Shown here: in pieces, positions 36,547 to 45,960 of the stretch
Layout of the letters: each line of letters opens with the position of its first letter
How positions within the stretch are numbered: position 1 is the first letter of the stretch
NCBI GenBank assembly: GCA_046723715.1
Contig: JBKOUZ010000042.1
Span: forward strand, 11,656 to 75,655
DNA from: Acidobacteriota bacterium
GTDB taxonomy: Bacteria > Acidobacteriota > Terriglobia > Terriglobales > Acidobacteriaceae
Length of the DNA: 64,000 nucleotides
Direction: 5' to 3'
Notes under the pieces: model-generated
What the model saw: only the letters and a program-made list of their open reading frames with translations
Database searches by the model: none
Told to the model about the DNA's origin: nothing
Position numbers and translations under genes: made by a program

Positions 36547-37317
36547 ATGTCCTCTGACCTGCAGGGACGTAACGCCGTTGTCTTCGGAGTCGCAAACAAG
36601 CGCTCGATCGCGTGGTCTATCGCGCAGGGCTTGCATACCGCAGGTATGAAACTCGCGGTTACGTATCAGAACGAGCGCTTGGAGCAGGAAGCCAAGGATC
36701 TCATCCTCTCGCTTCCCGGTGCAGAGGGGTTCATGTGCGATGTTTCCAAAGACGAAGACATCGTTAAGCTATTTGCCACCCTTAAGCAGCGCTTTGGAAA
36801 GCTCCACACCCTCGTTCACTCGGTGGCTTACGCTCCGGCCGAGGAACTTAAAGGCGATTTCGTCAACACCACTCGCGAAGGCTTCCGCATAGCCCATGAC
36901 GTCAGCGTGTATTCTCTGATCGCCGTCGCCCGGGCGGCAGCGCCGCTCATGGAAGATGGAGGTTCGATCATCACCATGACATATTACGGCGCTGAAAAAG
37001 TGGTGCCGCACTACAACGTAATGGCCGTTGCGAAAGCGGCACTGGAATGTTCAGTACGCTACCTGGCGCAAGACTTGGGCAAGAAGAAGATTCGCGTGAA
37101 CGCAATTTCGGCAGGACCTATCAAAACCCTGGCAGCTCGCGGCATTTCCGGCCTGGGAGATATGCTGAAGTCTCACGCGGAGCGCGCCCCGCTGGGCCGC
37201 AATGTGGAAGTCGCCGAAGTTGGCTCCGCCGGGGTCTTTCTCGCCTCTGATGCCAGCAGCGGAATCACCGGGGAAGTCATCTACGTGGACTGCGGCTACA
37301 ACATCATGGGATTCTGA
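36547..37317 (+). CDS. fabI: Enoyl-ACP reductase FabI
   Basis: ATG at 36547 follows [21 protein letters not shown]..., the Y-x6-K region ([25 protein letters not shown]) and AGPIKTLAA. Confidence 0.92.
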   Translation: MSSDLQGRNAVVFGVANKRSIAWSIAQGLHTAGMKLAVTYQNERLEQEAKDLILSLPGAEGFMCDVSKDEDIVKLFATLKQRFGKLHTLVHSVAYAPAEELKGDFVNTTREGFRIAHDVSVYSLIAVARAAAPLMEDGGSIITMTYYGAEKVVPHYNVMAVAKAALECSVRYLAQDLGKKKIRVNAISAGPIKTLAARGISGLGDMLKSHAERAPLGRNVEVAEVGSAGVFLASDASSGITGEVIYVDCGYNIMGF

Positions 37318-37469
37318 TCTGCAATGTGAAATAATCGAGGAATGAAATACAGGTCTGCGGTCTTTGCATTTTTCGCGATTGCGATCCTGTTTTCGATGGT
37401 TCGGGAGTGGAGCGCTCCAGTAGTCTGCGCCCGCTCTATCCTCCTGCCGGCCCCTAGTACCAGCCCGCG

Positions 37470-37922
37470 CTAGGTCATTACCCGAATCACGCGTTCCGTT
37501 TCTCCGCGCCGCTCTAACCAGATCTCTACATCGCGCTCCTCCGAGATCCAGGGAAACTTTTCTCCCCACTCAATTAGCAGAACGCTATTCTCGGAGCGCA
37601 GATCTTCGAGCGCTAACGTGTCCAATTCACGCGGCGTATCTATGCGATAAAGATCGATGTGGTACAGATTGGCTTCTGGCCCGCGGTACTCATGCACCAG
37701 AGTAAAAGTAGGGCTGGTGACGTCCTCTTCGGCAGCGGCATCGAATGCAGCTGCAATCCCTTTGACCAGCGTCGTCTTCCCTGCCCCAAGATCTCCGCGT
37801 AGTAACACCAACTTGGGAGGAGTCAGCACATCCGCAAGGATGCGACCAACGGCAACTGTCTCCTCCGCTGAGTGCGTGATCACTTCTCTCAGGAGTTTGC
37901 CTGCTGTTCCGCGTCCGCTCAC
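37470..37922 (-). CDS. tsaE: tRNA t6A biosynthesis protein TsaE
   Basis: 150 aa with LRGDLGAGKTTLVKGIA and SPTFTLVHEY motifs. Confidence 0.9.
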   Translation of the reverse strand: MSGRGTAGKLLREVITHSAEETVAVGRILADVLTPPKLVLLRGDLGAGKTTLVKGIAAAFDAAAEEDVTSPTFTLVHEYRGPEANLYHIDLYRIDTPRELDTLALEDLRSENSVLLIEWGEKFPWISEERDVEIWLERRGETERVIRVMT

Positions 37923-38022
37923 CGGGACAGTATAGCGGGGACCGCAAAGACGGATTGGTTGCCAAGAAGACGAAATTACACGAAGGCTTTCGTTGTGGCC
38001 TTCTTATGGTTGCTGCTTGCGT

Positions 38023-38406
38023 CTATTTGGAGAACGCGCTCGACTTCATACCCAAGGCGCTGCGCATGGCCACGTGATCCAGTGAGTTGCGAAGGCGACG
38101 ATGATCATCATCTTCGATGGCCACAAACCGGAATGGCTGCAGCACTCCATCGGGCACACTTCGGGCTGGGCTCAATACCTCGGCCATGCCATGCACCGGC
38201 CCGGATTGCGTCTGGAACGCAACCTCGACGAAGTCACCCTGCGCCAGCGATTGAGCCAGTCGCAGCAGGCCGCCGGTTACGGAGATCGATTGCAGTTTAG
38301 CTTTCGTGCGGCGTCCATCTTCCAGACGGATTGCAGCCAGAACCGAATCTCCGAGCTGGACCCGGGACGCGCGCCGCGTGGGGTGCGGTTGGGGGAAGTG
38401 GGTCAT
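38023..38406 (-). CDS. PilZ-domain protein
   Basis: 127 aa with RRASR (RxxxR) followed by SISVTGG (D/N-x-S-x-x-G-like). Confidence 0.7.
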   Translation of the reverse strand: MTHFPQPHPTRRASRVQLGDSVLAAIRLEDGRRTKAKLQSISVTGGLLRLAQSLAQGDFVEVAFQTQSGPVHGMAEVLSPARSVPDGVLQPFRFVAIEDDDHRRLRNSLDHVAMRSALGMKSSAFSK

Positions 38407-38647
38407 AGGTCACACTACTATGACACCGTCGCAACCATGCCGAACAGGTTACCGACGCCCGTTGTACAAATTCCTGTCACTCGCAGCGGTCGCCCGCCAT
38501 AAATATCGTATTTACAAGCACTTAAAAGTAGGTAACTTACCAGTTAATGTACCATTTCGTATACCGATCGGGCCGACATCGAGTCTTTTTTTTTGGACGA
38601 AACGCCTGCGCGCACTACTGTTATCCTGACGAACTCCGGAGGAACCC

Positions 38648-39760
38648 ATGCTTAGCTCTTTGTGGCTCGCGGTCGTACCAGTACTGCTTCTAAGCGCAAC
38701 TTCCTCAGCGCAAAGCGGGCAAAATCACCCACCGCTCCGGGTCGGCATTGTCGGCCTGGTTCACGGGCACGTGCACGGCTTTCTCCAGCAGTCCCGCCAC
38801 AGTCCACAAATCGAAATCGTCGGCATCTCTGACTCGGATCGGCAACTACTCGCGCAGACCGCTTCAAAGTACGGCTTTGATCAGGCGCAACTTTTCACCG
38901 ATCTGGACGCCATGATCGCAAAGACCCACCCCCAGGCCGTTCTGGTCTATACCAGTACATACGATCACCGCAGCGTGGTCGAAACCTGCGCTCGTAGAGG
39001 GGTGCACGTCATGATGGAAAAGCCTTTGGCTGTCAGCCTTGAGGACGCGATGGCTATCGAAAGAGCTGCGCACTCCGGAAAGATTCACGTGCTCGTCAAC
39101 TACGAGACATCCTGGTATCGCAGTAATCACGCCGCCTATGATCTGCTGCACGAGGGAGCATTAGGAGAAGTCCGCAAAGTCGTAGTCCACGATGGCCACA
39201 ACGGTCCTAAGGAAATCGGCGTGGAACCGGAGTTCCTCGCCTGGCTTACCGATCCCCGACGCAACGGGGGCGGCGCTCTGTTCGATTTCGGCTGCTACGG
39301 CGCCGACCTGATGACCTGGCTCATGGACGGTCGACGACCCCTGGCCGTCTCAGCCGTTACCCAGCAAATAAAGCCGCAAATCTATACGCGCGTCGATGAC
39401 GAGGCCACCATTGTCCTGACCTATCCCAAAGCACAAGCCATCATCCAGGCCTCATGGAACTGGCCCTTTGATCGTAAAGACATGGAAGTCTACGGGCAGA
39501 GTGGGTATGTGATTACCGTCAAGCGGGACGACATTCGTGTGCGACGAGCAGCAGAAGCCGCGGAGGAAAAAATCGCTGCCAAGCAAGTGCCCGCGCCATA
39601 CGACAGTGAACTCACATATTTTCGTGCGGTGATTCTCGAAGGAGCCAAGGAGGACAATCTCTCGTCTCTGGAAACAAACGTTACCGTGACCGAAATTCTG
39701 GATGCAGCACGCCGCTCCGCAATGGAAGGAAAAACAATCCAGCTCCCTGCGTCCAGATAA
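38648..39760 (+). CDS. Gfo/Idh/MocA-family oxidoreductase with signal peptide
   Basis: LRVGIVGLVHGHVHGF Rossmann start and an EKPLA motif (VMMEKPLAVS). N-terminal signal-like segment. Confidence 0.85.
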   Translation: MLSSLWLAVVPVLLLSATSSAQSGQNHPPLRVGIVGLVHGHVHGFLQQSRHSPQIEIVGISDSDRQLLAQTASKYGFDQAQLFTDLDAMIAKTHPQAVLVYTSTYDHRSVVETCARRGVHVMMEKPLAVSLEDAMAIERAAHSGKIHVLVNYETSWYRSNHAAYDLLHEGALGEVRKVVVHDGHNGPKEIGVEPEFLAWLTDPRRNGGGALFDFGCYGADLMTWLMDGRRPLAVSAVTQQIKPQIYTRVDDEATIVLTYPKAQAIIQASWNWPFDRKDMEVYGQSGYVITVKRDDIRVRRAAEAAEEKIAAKQVPAPYDSELTYFRAVILEGAKEDNLSSLETNVTVTEILDAARRSAMEGKTIQLPASR

Positions 39761-39826
39761 CGTGATAACTGTGATGCTGAGCGGAGCCTGTGCTCGCGAA
39801 ACATAGGCGGAATCGGAAAAGACAAA

Positions 39827-41395
39827 TTAGCTCTTCCAGCAAACAACTTGTTCCCCTGCCCCTTTTCGCACACTCTCGAATGCGCCCGGCAAACCACGAA
39901 GCAGATCGGTGGCGATGAGCGAGTGCTCGCCAACAATCTCGCGCATCAGATCGCCAGCCAACCCATGCAGATGAACCGCAGCGCAAACGGCGCGAACGAC
40001 CTGATCGGGATGTTGAGCAATCATTCCTCCAACCATTCCCGTGAGGATGTCTCCCGTCCCGCCGGTTGACATTCCAGGATTCCCAGTCGTGTTGACCCAA
40101 GCCTCCCCATCGGGTTGCACGACGAGGGATCGGTATCCCTTGAGCACAACGATCACACGGTGCTCGCGCGCGAACTGCCGCGCCACTCCCAACCGGTCTT
40201 TCTGCACATCCGCAGTCGAACATCCGGCCAGGCGCGCCATCTCACCCGGATGCGGCGTAATCACTAGCGAGCGCCCCTGCCCGTTGATCTCCTGCGCATG
40301 CCCCTGGAATGCATTCAATCCATCGGCGTCCACCACTATCGGGAGTTTCTGATTCGCGACCAGCGAGCGTACCAGAGTTGTAGTGTGGGGATCGCGCGAA
40401 ATCCCTGGCCCTATGGCGAGCACCGTCATGCTCTTCAGCAGTTCGGCAATTCGTAATCCCGCTTCCGTAGCTATCGTACCCGCAGCCGTTTCCGGCAGAG
40501 GCTCGGTCATTAGCTCGGGATAAAATACGACAACGGTCGGCAGCACAGATTTCGCGGTGGCTACAGTGACCAGTCCCGCACCGGCGCGCAATCCAGAAAT
40601 CCCCGCCATCGCGGCTGCGCCCGCCTTGCCCAGCGATCCTCCCACAACGAGCACATGTCCGTAGAGTCCCTTGTTTGAATCCGCCTTTCGAGGCGCCAGC
40701 AACTGCCCAATGTCCTTCGCCGTAATCACATTCAAGCCGAGTGAGGAAACGACCGCTTCCTCGGGAGAGCCAATGGGTGCGACGCATGTGGCACCATCCG
40801 TAAGCGAGCTGAACAGATGTGCGGGACGAGGAGCGGTAAATGTAACCAGGGAATTCGCGCGCGCTATCGTTCCTCGCTGGCGAGTCATCGCGTCAGCGTC
40901 GGCACCCGAGGGGATATCCACCCCCACGACAGGCACATTGCTAAGGTTTAGCAATTCAATAGCGTCAGCATACAAGCCTGTGACGGGCGGCTTGAATCCC
41001 GTTCCCAGGATTGCATCGAGGTATAGATCTCCGGCTAGAGAAGGTCGCACCCGATCGCTTCTTAACTCTTCAGGTGACCGCACGATGACTGCTTTGCCAG
41101 GGATCTTTTCATACATGGCGGCCGCGTCTCCCCTCAGATCGGCCGGGTCAGCCAACAAAATTACCGCTACGCTCTTTCCTCTCGCGTGCAGATGCCTCGC
41201 CGCCACGAATCCGTCGCCGCCATTATTACCCTTACCGCACAAGACAACCATCCGTTGCCTGGACTGGTAATTCGCGAGCACATGCTCTGCCACCGCCAAG
41301 CCCGCGTTTTCCATCAGAGTCAGCGAAGGCAGACCGAAGCGCTCGCTCGTGGCGCGATCGATCGAGCGCATTTCTTCGGCACTAACGATTCTCAT
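39827..41395 (-). CDS. nnr: Bifunctional NAD(P)H-hydrate epimerase / ADP-dependent dehydratase
   Basis: 522 aa with a YjeF_N half (VVLCGKGNNGGDGFVAARHL) and a carbohydrate-kinase half (GHVLVVGGSLGKAGAAAMA...GTGDILTG). Its start overlaps the channel gene stop by 4 nt. Confidence 0.9.
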   Translation of the reverse strand: MRIVSAEEMRSIDRATSERFGLPSLTLMENAGLAVAEHVLANYQSRQRMVVLCGKGNNGGDGFVAARHLHARGKSVAVILLADPADLRGDAAAMYEKIPGKAVIVRSPEELRSDRVRPSLAGDLYLDAILGTGFKPPVTGLYADAIELLNLSNVPVVGVDIPSGADADAMTRQRGTIARANSLVTFTAPRPAHLFSSLTDGATCVAPIGSPEEAVVSSLGLNVITAKDIGQLLAPRKADSNKGLYGHVLVVGGSLGKAGAAAMAGISGLRAGAGLVTVATAKSVLPTVVVFYPELMTEPLPETAAGTIATEAGLRIAELLKSMTVLAIGPGISRDPHTTTLVRSLVANQKLPIVVDADGLNAFQGHAQEINGQGRSLVITPHPGEMARLAGCSTADVQKDRLGVARQFAREHRVIVVLKGYRSLVVQPDGEAWVNTTGNPGMSTGGTGDILTGMVGGMIAQHPDQVVRAVCAAVHLHGLAGDLMREIVGEHSLIATDLLRGLPGAFESVRKGAGEQVVCWKS

Positions 41396-42393
41396 GATGG
41401 GGAGGCAGTCTGCTCGAGTTGCCGCAACTGGGCCGGTTCGCCCATGGCAATAAGAAAATCGTCAGGCTCGATTCTTTCGTCGGGCGCGGGATTGAATCGC
41501 ATGGCGTCACGCCGTTTGATCGCAAGTACAATCACTCCGCGCTCCTGGCGAATGCGCGAACTCTCTAGTGTTTTTCCTGCGAACTTCGAACCCGCCGAGA
41601 TGTGAACTTCCCCGATCTCAAGGTCCATCCCCAGATGCGTTGTCGCAGTGTCCAGGAAACTAACCACATGCGGCCGTAGAAGCGACTGCGCGATGCGCTG
41701 GCCGGCAAATGAATAAGGCGACACGACGGAGTCAGCCCCCGCCGTCAATAGATGCTTTTCGGCTGAATCTTCGCTGGCGCGCGCAATGATCTTCAAATGT
41801 GGGTTGAGACCGCGCGCGGTGAGAACGATGTAGAGATTCGTCGCGTCTGTGGTGGTGGCCGCGATCAGCCCCCGGGCGCGTTCGATTTGCGCCCCTCGCA
41901 GCGTTGGCTCCTGGGTTGCGTCCCCCGCAAGCGCGAGCCAGTTCTCGGAGGCAAACTTCTGCCTTTTGGCCTCAGCATTTTCGATGAACACGAATCCGAC
42001 CGGCTTGCGCGCCAGTTCCCGCGCCACGCTCCGGCCCACGCGCCCCATCCCGCAGATGATGAAGTGGTCTGTTAGCCGCGTGATCTCGCGCTCCATGCGA
42101 CGCCTTCCGAAGAAACTCTGCAGCTCGAATTCTAGCAAAGCCTGGCTGAGCAGCCCGATTCCAACCAACAACAGTGACACACCCGAGAGGATCACAAAGA
42201 CATTGAACACGCGCCCGGCGTGTGAGAGCGAATGAACTTCCTGATATCCGATGGTGGTCAGCGTCGTGATCACCATATAGAAGCCGTCGAACCAGGGCCA
42301 GTGCTCGATGTAGTGATATCCGGCGGTGCCGATCGCCATCACCAGCAGGAGAAGAATGCCGATCTTTCGAAGGTGGCGGTAGGTGTTCGTCAA
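41392..42393 (-). CDS. 2TM/P-loop cation channel with RCK (TrkA-N/TrkA-C) domains and a non-canonical filter
   Basis: TTG start. The pore helix and filter read FYMVITTLTTIGYQEV. RCK motif IICGMGRVGRSVA, and a TrkA-C-like C-terminus. Confidence 0.85.
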   Translation of the reverse strand: MTNTYRHLRKIGILLLLVMAIGTAGYHYIEHWPWFDGFYMVITTLTTIGYQEVHSLSHAGRVFNVFVILSGVSLLLVGIGLLSQALLEFELQSFFGRRRMEREITRLTDHFIICGMGRVGRSVARELARKPVGFVFIENAEAKRQKFASENWLALAGDATQEPTLRGAQIERARGLIAATTTDATNLYIVLTARGLNPHLKIIARASEDSAEKHLLTAGADSVVSPYSFAGQRIAQSLLRPHVVSFLDTATTHLGMDLEIGEVHISAGSKFAGKTLESSRIRQERGVIVLAIKRRDAMRFNPAPDERIEPDDFLIAMGEPAQLRQLEQTASPS

Positions 42394-42398
42394 CGCTG

Positions 42399-42425
42399 TC
42401 AGCTCTCAGCTTTCAGCCATCAGCT
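42399..42425. repeat. Heptamer tandem repeat (TCAGCNN) x4
   Basis: The sequence is TCAGCtcTCAGCttTCAGCcaTCAGC, immediately upstream (on the minus strand) of the channel start codon. Confidence 0.75.
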
Positions 42426-42616
42426 TACGCCTCGAGGATTGGAAGTGGAGTGCCACTCCGGCCGATGGTGAGCATCTTCATGGGAGTCTCACTCGCGGCT
42501 GAGAACTGAGAGAGCCCGTTCTCGTAATAATTCCGGAAGGCTTCAGCCGTGCCGCTGGGGGCCAATGAAACGCGGGCTTTAGCCCTGAGGGCCTCGTAGC
42601 TTGCTTTGAAAACCAT
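42425..42616 (-). CDS. Small hypothetical protein (63 aa), doubtful
   Basis: ORF track only. It sits between the permease and channel genes with no recognisable motif. Confidence 0.25.
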   Translation of the reverse strand: MVFKASYEALRAKARVSLAPSGTAEAFRNYYENGLSQFSAASETPMKMLTIGRSGTPLPILEA

Positions 42617-42658
42617 TCTTGAAACTAATTCTGAGAGCCTATAGCTGCCTCAGTCATG

Positions 42659-44161
42659 CTAGGGCGCGCCGGTCGGCGCAGACGCACCATTGAGCGTCTG
42701 TACCTTACTGTGGCGCCGGCCATAAGCGAAGTAGATCACCAGACCTATGATGAGCCACACTCCAAGACGCAGCCAATTGGTCCAGCCCAGGCCGTAGATC
42801 ATCGCGGCGCAGATAATGACTCCCAACGGCGTCACTAGGGGCACAGCAGGCACTTTGAAAGCGCGGGGCAGATCAGGCCGCTTTACACGGAGGATCCAGA
42901 CTGCGATGCACACCAGAACAAAAGCAAAGAGTGTTCCGATACTCGTCATCTCGCCGACTATATCCTCGGGAAGAAATCCCGCAAACAATCCCGTGAATAC
43001 AAAGAACAACATGTTGGACTTATAGGGCGTGCGAAAGCGGGGATGGATATCGGAAAAGATCTTTGGTACCAAACCGTCGTTGCTCATCGAATAGAAGACG
43101 CGCGACTGGCCCAGCAACATAACCAGGATCACGGATGAAAAACCGGCCAGAATCGCGACTGTCACTGACTTCGACAGCCATTCGTAGCCGTGCATGTATT
43201 TGGTGATGGCGAAAGCAACCGACGCTTCCCGTCCCGCAGTCCGAAAATCCTGAACCGTCGCAACCCCACTCAGCACGTAGGAGAAAAGCACGTAGAGAAC
43301 CGTGCAAACCACCAACGAACCCAGAATTCCGATTGGCATGTCGCGCTTGGGATTTTTGGCTTCCTGGGCCGCGGTGGATACAGCGTCAAAGCCGATGTAC
43401 GCGAAGAAAACTACTCCCGCAGCACCCAGAATCCCCAGCAATCCCCCATAGTGGTGAGTGACGCCTGCCGACGTTACATAGGTGGTCGGAGCGGGAACGA
43501 ACGGAGTGTGGTTGGCAGGATTTATGAAACCCCAACCGATGCTAATTACCAAAATGACGATCATGACCTTCAAAATCACAATAACCGCGTTGACAGTAGC
43601 AGATTCCTTCGTTCCCTTTATCAGCAGAGCTGACAGTAGCAAAAGGATGAAAAGCGCCGGAATATTGATTATGCCCCGTTCACCAGTGCCCATTGCTGTC
43701 TCGAGCGGGGAATGGCTCCACTGAAAGGGGACGCGTAATCCGAACCAATCCAGCACGCGATTGGCATATTGACTCCACGAGACCGCGACAGTAGCGGCGC
43801 CGACCGCGTATTCCAGGACAAGGTCCCAGCCGATGATCCAGGCGATCAACTCTCCCATGGTCGCGTAGGAGTATGTGTAGGCGCTGCCCGCCACCGGGAT
43901 CATGGAAGCGAATTCGGCGTAGCACAATCCGGCAAACGCGCAACCGAAGCCAGCCACGATGAAGGCGATCGTCACAGAAGGGCCGGAGCGGTCGGCAATC
44001 GCGTCGGCAGTCCGCACAAACAAGCCGGCACCGATTATCGCGCCTATGCCGAGCATGATCAGACTGACTGGGCCGAGCGTGCGCTTCAGACTGTGCTCGC
44101 TCGTCTCGGAAGCCTCTTGCATCAACATATTCAGAGGCTTGGTTGCGAAAAGCTTGGCCAT
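42659..44161 (-). CDS. APC-family amino acid permease
   Basis: ATG at 44159-44161 follows AAGGAG. About 12-14 TM segments, with N-terminus MAKLFATKPLNMLMQEASE...LKRTLGPVSLIMLGIGAIIGAGLF. Confidence 0.88.
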   Translation of the reverse strand: MAKLFATKPLNMLMQEASETSEHSLKRTLGPVSLIMLGIGAIIGAGLFVRTADAIADRSGPSVTIAFIVAGFGCAFAGLCYAEFASMIPVAGSAYTYSYATMGELIAWIIGWDLVLEYAVGAATVAVSWSQYANRVLDWFGLRVPFQWSHSPLETAMGTGERGIINIPALFILLLLSALLIKGTKESATVNAVIVILKVMIVILVISIGWGFINPANHTPFVPAPTTYVTSAGVTHHYGGLLGILGAAGVVFFAYIGFDAVSTAAQEAKNPKRDMPIGILGSLVVCTVLYVLFSYVLSGVATVQDFRTAGREASVAFAITKYMHGYEWLSKSVTVAILAGFSSVILVMLLGQSRVFYSMSNDGLVPKIFSDIHPRFRTPYKSNMLFFVFTGLFAGFLPEDIVGEMTSIGTLFAFVLVCIAVWILRVKRPDLPRAFKVPAVPLVTPLGVIICAAMIYGLGWTNWLRLGVWLIIGLVIYFAYGRRHSKVQTLNGASAPTGAP

Positions 44162-44174
44162 TAAGGGGATCTCC

Positions 44175-45671
44175 TTATGATTTGGGGGCCGACTGCCCAA
44201 CCCCGTTGCGCGACCACGCGTAATACACTGGAATCCCCAGCAGTACCACGATCAGCCCCGGCCACGTAAATTGGGGCTTATAGCGCAATAGTACGACATC
44301 GATAAATAAAGCCATCACAATATACACTGCCGGCAACACCGGATATCCCACTGCGCGGTAGGGCCGCGGAGCATCCGCATGTGTCTGCCGCAGCACGAAC
44401 AATCCCACAATCGTCAGGATGTAAAAGACCAGCACCGCAAAAATGATGTAATCGAGAAGTTGCCCGTAACTGCCGGAGATGCAGAGAACACATGTCCAGA
44501 CCATCTGTACCATCAGTGAAATTGCCGGCGTTTTGTAACTAGGATGCAGTCTGGCGACTTTGCGGAAGAACAGGCGGTCCTTAGCCATGGCGTAATAGAC
44601 CCGGGCGCCCGATAGAATCAGTCCATTCATGCAGCCGAAGCTGGAGATCATGATGGCGGCCGCCATCAGCAACCCGCCCATTGACCCGAACCTTTGTGTC
44701 ATCACTGCAGTGGCAACCCGGTCCTCCGCAGCGTGCGTAATCCCACGCCCCAGGATCGTCGCGGCCCCCTCAGTTCCATGCAGGGGCAGAGCAGCAAGAT
44801 AAACGAAGTTGCAGGCGATGTAGAGCGCGATGACTATGCCAGTCCCTAGAGCCAGCGATACCGGCAGATTCCGGCTGGGATTCTTCACTTCGCCCGCAGT
44901 GAAGGTTACGTTATTCCATGCATCTGCAGAAAACAGCGACCCTACTTGAGCAACTGCGAGGATGGTCAGCGTTCCAACCATGGCGATTGGTCCGCCGACT
45001 CCAACCTGCACTGCATGTTGCGCACTGAGTCCGGCATTTTCCCAGAAATGTCCGTGAAAATTGGCCAGCACGGCCTCGGGATTGCGGCAGAAGGCGAAGC
45101 CTAAGACCGCGAGTGCCGCCAGCGCCAAAACTTTAGCCGCCGTGAACACGTTCTGAATGGCCGCGCCCGTCTTCACACCCAGCACGTTAATCAATGACAA
45201 CAGAATGACCAGCAGAACTGCTATGAGGTTCTGCGTATTAAGTCCGACGTCCATGTTGCCCAGCACCATCGGGCCGATGTGAATCGGCGGAACTTTCCAA
45301 AGGTGCAGCAGCCAATGGCTGGAAGAAAACCACGGTACGAAAACGCCCAGAAATTTGCCGAACGCCACTCCCACTGCCGCGATCGTTCCGGTTTGAATCA
45401 CCAGGAATAGGGTCCAGCCATAAAGGAATCCCCACAACGGTCCCAGTGCCTCGCGCAAATAGACGTATTGCCCGCCAGCGCGGGGCATCATCGCAGCCAA
45501 CTCGCCATAACTGAGGGCTGCAATGATAGTCATGATTCCCGTCACCACCCAAGCGCCGATCAATAACGCTGGCGAACCCACCTCGCGCCCGATCTCCGCC
45601 GACACAATGAAGATGCCGGATCCGATCATTGATCCGATCACCAACATCGTGGAACTGGTCAGGCCCAGCAC
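44175..45671 (-). CDS. APC-family amino acid permease
   Basis: Contains LGLTSSTMLVIGSMIGSGIF and is polytopic. The GTG at 45671 is the first canonical start, but the frame stays open far upstream, so the start is uncertain. Confidence 0.8.
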   Translation of the reverse strand: MLGLTSSTMLVIGSMIGSGIFIVSAEIGREVGSPALLIGAWVVTGIMTIIAALSYGELAAMMPRAGGQYVYLREALGPLWGFLYGWTLFLVIQTGTIAAVGVAFGKFLGVFVPWFSSSHWLLHLWKVPPIHIGPMVLGNMDVGLNTQNLIAVLLVILLSLINVLGVKTGAAIQNVFTAAKVLALAALAVLGFAFCRNPEAVLANFHGHFWENAGLSAQHAVQVGVGGPIAMVGTLTILAVAQVGSLFSADAWNNVTFTAGEVKNPSRNLPVSLALGTGIVIALYIACNFVYLAALPLHGTEGAATILGRGITHAAEDRVATAVMTQRFGSMGGLLMAAAIMISSFGCMNGLILSGARVYYAMAKDRLFFRKVARLHPSYKTPAISLMVQMVWTCVLCISGSYGQLLDYIIFAVLVFYILTIVGLFVLRQTHADAPRPYRAVGYPVLPAVYIVMALFIDVVLLRYKPQFTWPGLIVVLLGIPVYYAWSRNGVGQSAPKS

Positions 45672-45815
45672 CTGAACCAGTTCTTTATCTTGATGGCTGT
45701 GAATTTCCCACTCGGCCGTGGATGACTCCGCAGTTGTCGGTGTACTCAGAGGCTCGCTCCTGATCCTGTCCCCAGTGGATGGCAGTCTTGAATTACGTTG
45801 CCATCTTTTAGCCTT

Positions 45816-45911
45816 GTCATCCTGAGGAGGGCGTCTATTGCCTGATCAAGGATCCATGCACTTTGCTGGTGCCAGCAGACTCCATAGATCCTTCGCTTCG
45901 CTCAGGATGAC
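45816..45911. repeat. REP-like element: inverted GTCATCCTGAG arms enclosing about 74 nt; right arm is the full 25-mer
   Basis: GTCATCCTGAG at 45816-45826 pairs with CTCAGGATGAC at 45901-45911. The reverse complement of 45887-45911 is GTCATCCTGAGCGAAGCGAAGGATC. Confidence 0.8.
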
Positions 45912-45960
45912 TATCCATGATGGCGCTAACGCTGACGACCAACGACGTATTTGCAGCACT

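Noticed and set aside
36378-36599. 73-aa minus-strand ORF
   Set aside because: It runs through the REP-like 25-mer (translating to ...FAQDDNQG...) and the fabI 5' region. This is a characteristic artefact of this repeat family.
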